The notes beneath the pieces are model-generated. The model saw nothing but the letters and a program-made list of their open reading frames with translations. It searched no databases and was not told where the DNA came from. A program made the position numbers and the translations under genes. From Pirellulales bacterium (GTDB taxonomy: Bacteria > Planctomycetota > Planctomycetia > Pirellulales > UBA1268), in NCBI GenBank assembly GCA_044369655.1, contig JBILWX010000003.1, forward strand, positions 3,548 to 67,547: a stretch of DNA of 64,000 bases. Direction: 5' to 3'. Below, in pieces: positions 9,527-17,588 of this stretch. The first letter of the stretch is position 1. Every line of letters starts with the position of its first letter.

Positions 9527-11428
9527 ATGCTGACGAATCATTCGTGGCCGATTCTTGTCGGAGCCATGCTGCTTCAGGCGTGGGGCGTGTCCACGGCCCG
9601 CGGGCAGGTGTCGATCCGAGAGCGGTTGACCACGAGCGGGACCGTGGAGGCGGTGGCGGCGGGCCGCCTGACGGTGCGGGACGAAACCGGCGTCCGCCTC
9701 GAGGTCCGTGTTCAGGGCGGGAACGAGCGGGGCGTGATGCTATCGGGGGGCGGCCTGCTCGCGTTCCCGGCGGAGGTGCTGGTCACCGGGGCGTTCGACG
9801 TGGCGAAGCTGAAGCCCGGACAGGTGGTCCGCTTCCGTGGCCGCTTGAACGCCGGTGGCCGGTCGGATGGCGAGGTCGATGCCCTCACGCTCATCGACGC
9901 CGAAGGTGCGACGCTTGGCGTGGCCTGTGCCGAGGAGCCACGGACGCCGTCGGAGTTCGTCGCCTGTGAGGTCACAGCCGCCGTCAAGCAGGCGGCGAAG
10001 GGCAGGTTGACGGTGCAACTGCCCGAGACGCAGGCGTTCCACCGGAAGACGGTGCTCTCCTTCAAACTCGCCCCGGACGTGAAACCCGGGCTGGCGAGCG
10101 GCGACCTGCGGCGGATCGAAGCGGGGGCGAAGGTGGTCAGGCTCGATGCGGTGAGGCTCGACACCGGCGACGTGCTGGCGAAACGGATCGTCGTCGAGAC
10201 CGCGGCGGGCGCGGCCGTGAAGGAACGGGGCGACGACCGGCTGGCCAACAAATATCGCGGCCTGTCGGATGAGCCGAAGGCGGAGCCCAGGCTGATCCGC
10301 TCGCCGCACTTTGCGTTCCTGACGGATGTCTCCGACCGCGAGGCCAAGATCATCCTCGACAAACTCGAGCGGATGACCGGCCTGCTCGAACGCTACTTCG
10401 GCCGCCGGCCCGCCGGCCTGGTCGAGGGATTCATCGTCCGCGATCTGAATGTCTTTCCGGCGGGCACTCTTCCCGAGCCCGCCGGCGTCGCCAAGATCCG
10501 GGAAGGGGCGGGCGTCTGCTTCAACGTCTCCCTGGGCAGCCAGCGGAAAGCCACGCTCTATTCCTGCGTCGACCACGGCGTGATCCAGCACGAGTGCACG
10601 CATGGCTTCTGCCACATGACGTTCGGATCGACGGGCCCCACCTGGCTGGCCGAGGGCGTGGCGGAACTGGGCAACTATTGGAGGGAAGGTGAGCAGGCCG
10701 TGGATATCGAACCGGTCGTGATGGCCTATCTCCAGCGGGTCCAGCCCAAGCGGTCGCTCATGGAGATTGCCACCCCCGGGCGGGAGACTGCCGGCAGCTG
10801 GCAGGATTACGCCTGGCGGTGGGCCCTCTGCCACCTGTTGGCCTACAACCCCAACTACGCCGACCGTTTCAAACCGCTGGCGATCGCGCTGATGGAGGGA
10901 CGGCCCGACGTGTCGTTCGAATCGGTCTACGGCTCGACGGCGCGCGAGATCTCCTTCGAATACGAACAGTTTCTCAGGAACGTCGGCAACGGCTACCGCG
11001 CGGACCTGACGGCCTGGCCCTGGAAGGTGAAGTTTCGGTCATTGCCGGCCGCGGGCGGGAGCATGAAGGCGACCGTCAAGGCGGCGGCGGGCTGGCAGGC
11101 GAGCGGACTGCGTGTCGAGAGGGGCGTCGTGTACGAGGTGGTGACCGACGGCACGTGGCGGACGGCACCGGCCGGTGCCCCGCGCGACGCCGACGGTGAC
11201 GCGGACGGCCGCGGTCGGCTCGTCGGCGCCGTGTTGCAGGGGGGAGAAAAGGATGGTGCCGCGACCGAGCGATTGGCGCTGGGAGACACGATTCCACTGG
11301 GCACACGGCAGGCCTTCGTCGCCACCGCCGACGGCCAGCTCTTCCTGCGGTGCGCGGATGACTGGACGCAACTGGCCGACAACGAGGGCGAGCAGATCGT
11401 GACCCTGCGGCGGGCTGCGTCAGAGTGA
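9527..11428 (+). CDS. secreted DUF1570-like zinc metallopeptidase with C-terminal PA-IL/LecA-like beta-sandwich
   Basis: Signal peptide (WPILVGAMLLQAWGVSTARG). HExxH site HECTHGF followed by AEGVAE. The last ~120 aa (..AAGWQASG..GTW..DNEGEQIV..) resemble PA-IL-type lectin folds, which is a tentative call. Confidence 0.6.
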   Translation: MLTNHSWPILVGAMLLQAWGVSTARGQVSIRERLTTSGTVEAVAAGRLTVRDETGVRLEVRVQGGNERGVMLSGGGLLAFPAEVLVTGAFDVAKLKPGQVVRFRGRLNAGGRSDGEVDALTLIDAEGATLGVACAEEPRTPSEFVACEVTAAVKQAAKGRLTVQLPETQAFHRKTVLSFKLAPDVKPGLASGDLRRIEAGAKVVRLDAVRLDTGDVLAKRIVVETAAGAAVKERGDDRLANKYRGLSDEPKAEPRLIRSPHFAFLTDVSDREAKIILDKLERMTGLLERYFGRRPAGLVEGFIVRDLNVFPAGTLPEPAGVAKIREGAGVCFNVSLGSQRKATLYSCVDHGVIQHECTHGFCHMTFGSTGPTWLAEGVAELGNYWREGEQAVDIEPVVMAYLQRVQPKRSLMEIATPGRETAGSWQDYAWRWALCHLLAYNPNYADRFKPLAIALMEGRPDVSFESVYGSTAREISFEYEQFLRNVGNGYRADLTAWPWKVKFRSLPAAGGSMKATVKAAAGWQASGLRVERGVVYEVVTDGTWRTAPAGAPRDADGDADGRGRLVGAVLQGGEKDGAATERLALGDTIPLGTRQAFVATADGQLFLRCADDWTQLADNEGEQIVTLRRAASE

Positions 11429-11451
11429 GCCGGAGACGCGGCGGGCGCGGG

Positions 11452-12909
11452 CTACGTGGGGCAGCGGGCGCCGAAATAGCCATGCCGGTCGATGTGCGCG
11501 GCGACCTCGGGAACCACGAGTTCTCGCCATGACGGGTCGCCGGAGCAGATCCGCGACCGGACCTCTTCGCTCGAGTAGGTGCGGAGCGCCGACTCGTCGC
11601 ACGGCAAGCCCCGGATCAGGCCGTTGACACGGAGATGCTCGAGCAAGTGCGTCAGGTGTGGGGCCACCGTCATCGTGTCGGCGGTGATCACCCGGCCGTC
11701 GAGCATGTCCCGCGTGGGATGGACATAGAGCCGGACCCGATGCGTGAACAGCCGGCCGAAAGCCTCGAGAATGCCCCCCTCGAGATGCCGGTAGTGGCTC
11801 TCGTTGAAGAGTTCCCGCAGCAGCGGCACGCCGAGCACCAGGCCGGTCTGCTCGACGTGGCGATCGGCGAGATATTCCCCGAGCGCATGGAAGGCACCGA
11901 TGTCGCTGACGAGCACCATCTTGCCGGCGGCGGACAGCAGGTCGACGCGGGCCAGGAAATCGGCGTCTTCCGCGGTCCCGCGGTCCCGCAGGTTGTGCAT
12001 GGTGATTTCCATGATTTCGCGGATCTTCCCCGGCGTGCCGGCCGGGGTGGTCGCCGACGGAGAGGCGGGCTCCGCCGTGTCGGCCTCGAAGCTCGCCCGC
12101 GCGCGGGCCATCATCTCGAGGTTCAGCCTGGTTACCGGGGCGAATCGTCCGCGCTCGATGAGGACCCGGCTCCGCCTGATCGACTCCGAAGCCAACAACG
12201 GCGTGCCGTCGACGTCGAAGAGCAGGGCCGGCGTGAAGCCGACCCGCACGAGGTGCAGGCCCAGCAGCCGGTTGTCGACGCCGCCGAAGGCGGGGCCGCG
12301 CATGTGGATCCAGTCGATCTCCAGCCGCTCACGGCCGATGGCGTCCAGCAGCGTCTCGATCAGCTTCCGGGGTTCCTGCCAGTGGTGGAAGGCTGCGTGG
12401 ATCAGGTTCACCCCCAGCCGGCCCACGGCGTCTTGTTGCAGGGCGTTGGTGGTATCGAGCAGCCGGACATGGAGCAGGATGTCGCTCGTCTGGGAACGCA
12501 CGGCATGCTGGAACCGCAATCCCATCCAGACGTGACACTCGTTGCCGCCCTTGAATGAACGGGCTGCCGCGGTGTCGGCAAAGACGAAGAATCGCGTCCG
12601 GTCGCCGCGCACGCCGTCCAGTCGTTCGTGCAGGAGCCGATACTCATGGTCGAGCATCTGCTCGATCCGATCCCGCGAGACATACCGCTGCGTCTTGCCG
12701 TAGATGGCATCGCTGACGGTCATGTCGTAGGCGGAGATCGACTTCGCCACCGTGCCTGCCGCGCCTCCCACGGCGAAGAACCAGCGGGCCACCTCCTGAC
12801 CGGCGCCGATCTCGGCAAAATTGCCGTAGATGGATTCGTCGAGATTGATCGCGAAGGCCCGCTGGGCGGTCGGATCGACGGCTTGGTTGGCGAGAGGGGT
12901 CGCGTGCAT
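11452..12909 (-). CDS. conserved protein of unknown function
   Basis: 485-aa ORF with ATG at 12909 and GC3-rich codons. The N-terminal block FAEIGAGQEVARWFF..GGAAGTVAKSISAYDMT.SDAIYG looks like a widely conserved uncharacterised family. I recognise no catalytic motif. Confidence 0.7.
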   Translation of the reverse strand: MHATPLANQAVDPTAQRAFAINLDESIYGNFAEIGAGQEVARWFFAVGGAAGTVAKSISAYDMTVSDAIYGKTQRYVSRDRIEQMLDHEYRLLHERLDGVRGDRTRFFVFADTAAARSFKGGNECHVWMGLRFQHAVRSQTSDILLHVRLLDTTNALQQDAVGRLGVNLIHAAFHHWQEPRKLIETLLDAIGRERLEIDWIHMRGPAFGGVDNRLLGLHLVRVGFTPALLFDVDGTPLLASESIRRSRVLIERGRFAPVTRLNLEMMARARASFEADTAEPASPSATTPAGTPGKIREIMEITMHNLRDRGTAEDADFLARVDLLSAAGKMVLVSDIGAFHALGEYLADRHVEQTGLVLGVPLLRELFNESHYRHLEGGILEAFGRLFTHRVRLYVHPTRDMLDGRVITADTMTVAPHLTHLLEHLRVNGLIRGLPCDESALRTYSSEEVRSRICSGDPSWRELVVPEVAAHIDRHGYFGARCPT

Positions 12910-13014
12910 GGCGGGTGGGTTGCCGGGCGATGCGGCTGAGCGAACGGTTGCCGATCATACGCTTTGACCGGGGACTTGGCAGCCGGCGTGGCGGCGCACG
13001 CCGGCAGCAAGCGA

Positions 13015-13044
13015 GCGGGCCGGGCGTTTGCACGCCCGGCCCGC
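13015..13044 (-). terminator. 12-bp perfect GC hairpin (middle of three consecutive hairpins downstream of the YTV gene)
   Basis: gcgggccgggcg-tttgca-cgcccggcccgc. It is flanked by hairpins at 12982..13005 (9-bp stem) and 13065..13083 (7-bp stem). It lies directly 3' of the minus-strand stop at 13093. No strong U-tract. Confidence 0.45.
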
Positions 13045-13092
13045 CTTTGCTTCCTCACGCGTCACCCCGACCGAGGGTCGGGGCGGGGCCGA

Positions 13093-14637
13093 CTAGCAGC
13101 CCTTCTTGCAGCCGAGGCCGTGGCCGAGGAGGCCACCCTTGCCAGCGGCGCGACCGCCGTTGCCGTTCGAGCAGCCGCAGCCGTTGTCGGCCGGGACCTG
13201 CTCTTCGACGCACTTGCGGACCTGGACGCACACCGACTTCGTGACCTTCTTGGGCACGCGGACGACGTACGACTCGGTCTTCGTCTCCGAGACGTTGTCG
13301 CTGACGCACACGCTGTAGGTGGCGGTCTTCTCGACCGGCACCATCACCGTGTAGGAGACTTCCTTGGTCCGCGTCTCGGGCACGCACTTGTTCACCGTGT
13401 ACTCGCGGGTGCGGGTCTCGGTGCGGCACTTCTTCACGCACACCGTGCGGGTCCGGGTCTCCGGAACCATCTTGGTGACGCAGTAGGTGGCCGACCGATC
13501 CTCGCAACGCGACTTCTTCACGCAGATCGTCCGGGTCCGGGTCTCCGGCACCATCTTCGTGACACAGTAGTTGCGGGTCCGCTCCTCGCAGCGCGACAGC
13601 TTCACGCAGTAGTTGCGGGTCCGCTCCTCACAGCGGGTCTTGTGGACGCACACCGTCCGCGACCGCTGCTCGCAGCGGCTCTTCTTCACGCAGTAGGTGT
13701 AGGGAACCTGCTCGCACTCGTGCTTCCACATCGTGACCTCGACCTCCTTGGTCTCGCACGTGGGCACCCAGCGACGGCAGCAGACGACCTTCGGGCAGCA
13801 GGGATTGCCGGCGGCGTCATACTTGCCGTTGGCGGAAATCTCCTTGGCCTCGGTCACCCAGTGGCCGCCACGGACCGTCACGGTCTTCGTGCTCTTGACG
13901 GGCACGCGCTTCGACACCGTGCGGAAGCCGGTCATCTGCTCGGTGTAGGGCACGTTCACCATGTAGGTCTGCTCGACCTGCTCGGTGTAGGGCACGTTCA
14001 CCTTGTAGGTCGCCGTCCGCTCCTCGGTGTAGGGCACGTTCACCTTGTAGGTGGCCGTCCGCTCCTCCTTGACCGGCACCATCACCGTGTAGGTCTGCTC
14101 GACCTGCTCGGTGTAGGGCACGTTCACCTTCCACGTCCGGGTCCGCTCTTCCTTGACCGGCACGCGCACCGTGTAGGACTCTTCACGGCTCTCGGTGTAG
14201 GGGATGGAGACGTTGTACGTCGCCGTCCGCGTCTCCGGAACGTTCACGTTGACGGTGTAGTCCACCGACTTCGTGCGCTGTTCCGGCACCTTAACCGTGT
14301 AGTTCCGCGTCCGCTCCTCGACCCGCGGCACCTTCTTGGTAACCGTGAAGGACCGCTCACGCACCTCGGTCGTCCACTCCGTGCTCTCCACCTCCCGGAT
14401 TTCCGGGACCATCTTCCACACCTTGACCGTCTTCATGCAGGCGTCGGCGGCAGCCGCACCCTCGGTCACCACGGCGTCGGCCGGGGCGGCCGCAGCGGCA
14501 TCGGCACCACCAACGAGGACCGAGCCCTCGGCCGGGACACTCTTCGCGGCATCCTCGCCACGAACGAAACCACCGGCAACACACACGCCAGCAGCGGCAA
14601 CCCACGGCAGGAAGCCAAACGTCAATCGCTTCTTCAC
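13093..14637 (-). CDS. secreted Cys-rich YTV-repeat protein
   Basis: GTG start at 14637, 5 nt after a GGAGG SD (the track ORF starts further upstream at 14739). Signal peptide KKRLTFGFLPWVAAAGVCVAGG. About 12 VP-x-E-x-RT-x-x-YTV units are followed by about 8 Y-C-V/RCEERTRNY units. The tail is Gly/Cys rich (GCGCSNG..GCKKGC). Confidence 0.85.
   Translation of the reverse strand: MKKRLTFGFLPWVAAAGVCVAGGFVRGEDAAKSVPAEGSVLVGGADAAAAAPADAVVTEGAAAADACMKTVKVWKMVPEIREVESTEWTTEVRERSFTVTKKVPRVEERTRNYTVKVPEQRTKSVDYTVNVNVPETRTATYNVSIPYTESREESYTVRVPVKEERTRTWKVNVPYTEQVEQTYTVMVPVKEERTATYKVNVPYTEERTATYKVNVPYTEQVEQTYMVNVPYTEQMTGFRTVSKRVPVKSTKTVTVRGGHWVTEAKEISANGKYDAAGNPCCPKVVCCRRWVPTCETKEVEVTMWKHECEQVPYTYCVKKSRCEQRSRTVCVHKTRCEERTRNYCVKLSRCEERTRNYCVTKMVPETRTRTICVKKSRCEDRSATYCVTKMVPETRTRTVCVKKCRTETRTREYTVNKCVPETRTKEVSYTVMVPVEKTATYSVCVSDNVSETKTESYVVRVPKKVTKSVCVQVRKCVEEQVPADNGCGCSNGNGGRAAGKGGLLGHGLGCKKGC
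13250..14350 (-). repeat. intragenic coding tandem repeats, 42-nt (14-aa) period
   Basis: The 22-mer ctcggtgtagggcacgttcacc occurs at 13939, 13981, 14023 and 14107. The 23-mer cagtagttgcgggtccgctcctc occurs at 13565 and 13607. Confidence 0.9.
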
Positions 14638-14661
14638 AGGAACCTCCAGAGGAAAAAACAG

Positions 14662-14675
14662 GCAAAACGTTTTGC
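14662..14675 (-). promoter_or_regulatory. AT-rich 14-bp perfect palindrome in the YTV gene leader
   Basis: gcaaaacgttttgc. On the mRNA strand it is followed by cTGTTTTTTCC, then GGAGG and the GTG start. It could be an operator or a small attenuator hairpin. Confidence 0.35.
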
Positions 14676-14868
14676 GAACACGCCTGCCAGGCATCACGTG
14701 GAGACCACCCCCAGTCGGTGACCGTCCGCCGCGATTCATCCCGGCCGAGCTGTCAGCCGCCCATCCCTGGCAGGCCGCGGAGCCGTACGTGGCATTCCAC
14801 CGCGACCGACAGGGTTTGCGCGACAGGCAAACTCACAGCAGAAGATCGATCTTTCCCTGTCGAAAAAC

Positions 14869-15060
14869 TCACCCGGCACGAGATTCGTCGGGTGGCGCCG
14901 ATGGTGCCGGTGATGCCGGCGGCTGCGGGCAGGAAACCCCCGTTCCCATGGGTCCGCCTTCGCAGCAGGTTTCAAGGATCATGCCGCAGCCGCGGCAGAT
15001 CAGTTTCGCCCGAATCTCGATGGTTTCGCCCTGGCAGACAGGGCAGCGAGGCGATGTCAT
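14869..15060 (-). CDS. small zinc-ribbon protein (63 aa)
   Basis: ATG at 15060, 30 nt after the lutC stop. It has CPVC..(14 aa)..CRGC pairs and GC3-rich codons, followed by a Pro-rich tail. Confidence 0.45.
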   Translation of the reverse strand: MTSPRCPVCQGETIEIRAKLICRGCGMILETCCEGGPMGTGVSCPQPPASPAPSAPPDESRAG

Positions 15061-15090
15061 GGCCGCAATCGTAGCAGTGTCCGCCGTGGT

Positions 15091-15900
15091 TCAGCCCGTG
15101 GTTGATCCCACGAGGATCAGGATCAGCTCCTTCGGGCCGTGGGCGCCGAGCACGAGAATCCGCTCGATGTCGCCCGTGCGGCTGGGGCCGGTGATGAAGG
15201 AGAGCATGCTCGGCATGCGACCGTCGTGCCGGGCCTGGGCGGCGTGCAAGGCATCGGCGAGGGTCGCCACAATCTGGTCGGCGGTGGCCACGACCACGTG
15301 GACATGCGGCAGGATCGATAGTGCCCGTCCGCCCGAGGTGGCGCTTGAGACGAGGATCGAACCGGTCTGGGCGACGAGCGCCTCACACGACGTCATACCT
15401 GCATCACACGATTCGAGGGCATTCTTGTCGAAATCCGCGGCATCGACGCGATAGGTCGTGCAGGGCATGCCCGCGAGCAGGGGCTCCACGAGCGCATGGG
15501 GATGCCAGGCCACCTTCTGCCAGCCCCGTTCCCGCGCGATCGCGACGAGGGTGGCGCTCGCGGCGGTGAGGTCGGGGGCTTGATGGACGATCGCCCGGAG
15601 CTTGCCGAGATTGGCCAGGAGCAGCGCGAGGCGTTCCGCCGGCGTCTCGCCGCCATCGGGCAGCCACGGACGGGCGACCTCCTCGGGTAGCACGGTGAGC
15701 ATGGGAAGGCCGTGGGCGGCGTGTGCAGACCCGAGACTCGGAGCCGATGCGCCGCTGGTCGTCGCCGTCGCCCGTTGATCCCGCTGGCTTCCCTGCACCT
15801 GCTCGGTAAGGCCGTGCGGGAAGGGCGCCGGCACGCGGAGTGCCTCCTTGATCCGCTTCAGGATCACGTCGCGGGCCGAGAGGCCGGTTTCGCCGCTCAT
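15091..15900 (-). CDS. lutC: lactate utilization protein C (LUD domain, YkgG family)
   Basis: ATG at 15900 (MSGETGLSARDVILKRIKEAL). The ATGA overlap with the lutB stop is at 15897..15900. LUD-domain C-terminus. The track ORF reaching 16371 is an extension. Confidence 0.8.
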   Translation of the reverse strand: MSGETGLSARDVILKRIKEALRVPAPFPHGLTEQVQGSQRDQRATATTSGASAPSLGSAHAAHGLPMLTVLPEEVARPWLPDGGETPAERLALLLANLGKLRAIVHQAPDLTAASATLVAIARERGWQKVAWHPHALVEPLLAGMPCTTYRVDAADFDKNALESCDAGMTSCEALVAQTGSILVSSATSGGRALSILPHVHVVVATADQIVATLADALHAAQARHDGRMPSMLSFITGPSRTGDIERILVLGAHGPKELILILVGSTTG

Positions 15901-17381
15901 GCCCGAACCTCTCCGGCGTGAACGTGCTTGTCCGAGCGGCGGCGATGCCACTGCCGCCGGAAGCTCTGCCGCGGGGCTGCCGGGAGATCCCGGGAGGCCA
16001 GCCAGTCCCGCAGCAGCGGCGGCCGCAGAGCCTTCAGCAGCGGCAGCGTGCAGCGGAAGACCGCCCCGCCTACCGCAAAGAGCCAGGGGCGGCGGGCCAC
16101 CACGACGAACAGCCGGTGCCCCAGTCGCTCCCAGGCGTTGGGAGCGGTCCGGGCGGCATTGCGGCGGTTGTGCAGCAGGTGGTGGTGGATGTCGATCCGC
16201 ACCGGACAGGCGTCGGTGCAGGCGCCGCAGAGCGAACTGGCGGCGGAGAGGTGGTTCCAGTCGGCCAGACCGCGGAGATGCGGCGTGATCACCGAGCCGA
16301 TCGGTCCCTGGTAGGTCGTACCGTACGTGAAGCCCCCCACGTTCTTGAAGATCGGGCAGACATTCAGGCACGCACCACAGCGGATGCAGTGGAGGCTGTC
16401 CCGCTGCTCGGGATCGGCGAGGAGGGCCGTCCGCGAGTTGTCGAGGAGCACGAGGTGCATCTCCTCCGGGCCATCGGCTTCGCCGGTCTGCCGTGGCCCC
16501 GCGTAGAGGGTGTTGTAGCAGGTCATGGGCTGGCCAGCCCCGGCCGTGGCCAGCATCGGCAGGAGCACCGCCAGGTCGTCGAGGTGTTCCACCACCTTCT
16601 CGATGCCGGAGATCGCGATGTGCACGCGCGGCAAGGCCGCCGTCAGCCGGGCATTGCCTTCATTCTCGGTGATCGAAATCTGGCCGGTTTCGGCAACGAG
16701 GAAATTCGCCCCGGTGATCCCGACGTCGGCATCGACGTAGAGCCGGCGCATGTGCCGGCGGGCGATCATCGTGAGTTCCTCGGGGCTGTCCGTCGGCGCC
16801 GTGCCGAGATGCTTTTCGAACAGATTGCTGATTTCGTCGCGGCGGACATGCATGCACGGGAAGACGAAATGATAGGGAGGCTCGCCACGAAGTTGCTGGA
16901 TGAACTCGCCCAGATCGCTTTCCACCACGCCGTAGCCGTCAGCCTCGAGCGCCGCGTTCAAGTGGATCTCTTCGCTGGTCATGCACTTGCTCTTGATGAC
17001 CGCCTTCGCCCGGGCGTCCCGGACGAGCTGGAGCACGATCGAGCGGGCCTCTTCGGCGCTCCGGGCCCAGTGGACAAGTCCGCCATTGGCCTCGAAGTTG
17101 GCGACGAACCGGGGCAGGAGTTCGTCCAGCCGGTTCACGGCCGACCATTTTGCCAGGCTCGCCGCGTCGCGGGCGTGCTCCCAGTCGCGGAAGCGGGCTT
17201 TTTGGACGTCGCGGCTGGCGTAGTAGCCGCTGAGGGCCTTGCGGACGAACGCCCGGTGTCCGGTATCGCGGACATGTTCGGTCGCGTCGTGCAGAAACCG
17301 CTTTTTAGCTTCCCGCGCCTGTTCCCCGCCGGGGTCGGCGGGGTGGCTGGCGGCCGGAGCGGAAGCGTCGGTGGCGATCAT
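15897..17381 (-). CDS. lutB: lactate utilization iron-sulfur protein B (YkgF family)
   Basis: LUD domain plus two 4Fe-4S motifs, CIRCGACLNVCP and CGACTDACP. Start is at ATG 17381 (MIATDA..) or at 17504. Confidence 0.85.
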   Translation of the reverse strand: MIATDASAPAASHPADPGGEQAREAKKRFLHDATEHVRDTGHRAFVRKALSGYYASRDVQKARFRDWEHARDAASLAKWSAVNRLDELLPRFVANFEANGGLVHWARSAEEARSIVLQLVRDARAKAVIKSKCMTSEEIHLNAALEADGYGVVESDLGEFIQQLRGEPPYHFVFPCMHVRRDEISNLFEKHLGTAPTDSPEELTMIARRHMRRLYVDADVGITGANFLVAETGQISITENEGNARLTAALPRVHIAISGIEKVVEHLDDLAVLLPMLATAGAGQPMTCYNTLYAGPRQTGEADGPEEMHLVLLDNSRTALLADPEQRDSLHCIRCGACLNVCPIFKNVGGFTYGTTYQGPIGSVITPHLRGLADWNHLSAASSLCGACTDACPVRIDIHHHLLHNRRNAARTAPNAWERLGHRLFVVVARRPWLFAVGGAVFRCTLPLLKALRPPLLRDWLASRDLPAAPRQSFRRQWHRRRSDKHVHAGEVRA

Positions 17382-17588
17382 CCAGTCATGATAGCCGACG
17401 GAGAGCCCACGGCCGCAGTCGCCTCCGACCGCCCCGGGATCGTGGTTCTGTGGAATTCTGCCGGGACAGACGGTAAAAATTGTGGAATACTTCTGAAAAG
17501 CCACGAGGTGGACGCCGACCCCCCCGGGGGGCCGCCCGAAGCATCGGGCTGTGCGTCAGCGGCAGGCCGGTTTGGAAAGGTGACCCGA

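Noticed and set aside
13250-14350. Regularly spaced 22-23-nt repeats that could be mistaken for a CRISPR-like array
   Set aside because: The 42-nt period is in frame, the units are degenerate coding repeats of one ORF, and there are no unique spacers.
12964-14721. 585-aa plus-strand ORF with striking periodic His/Gly/Leu repeats (..LLGVGHVHLVG..)
   Set aside because: It is the mirror image of the YTV repeats. The minus strand has the SD, the signal peptide and the family-defining YTV motif.
15918-17588. N-terminal 557 codons of the 1100-aa ORF 15918..19220
   Set aside because: This part is antisense to lutB and Arg/Pro/Gly rich. Homology to GspE-type ATPases and the hydrophobic helices begin only after ATG 17589.
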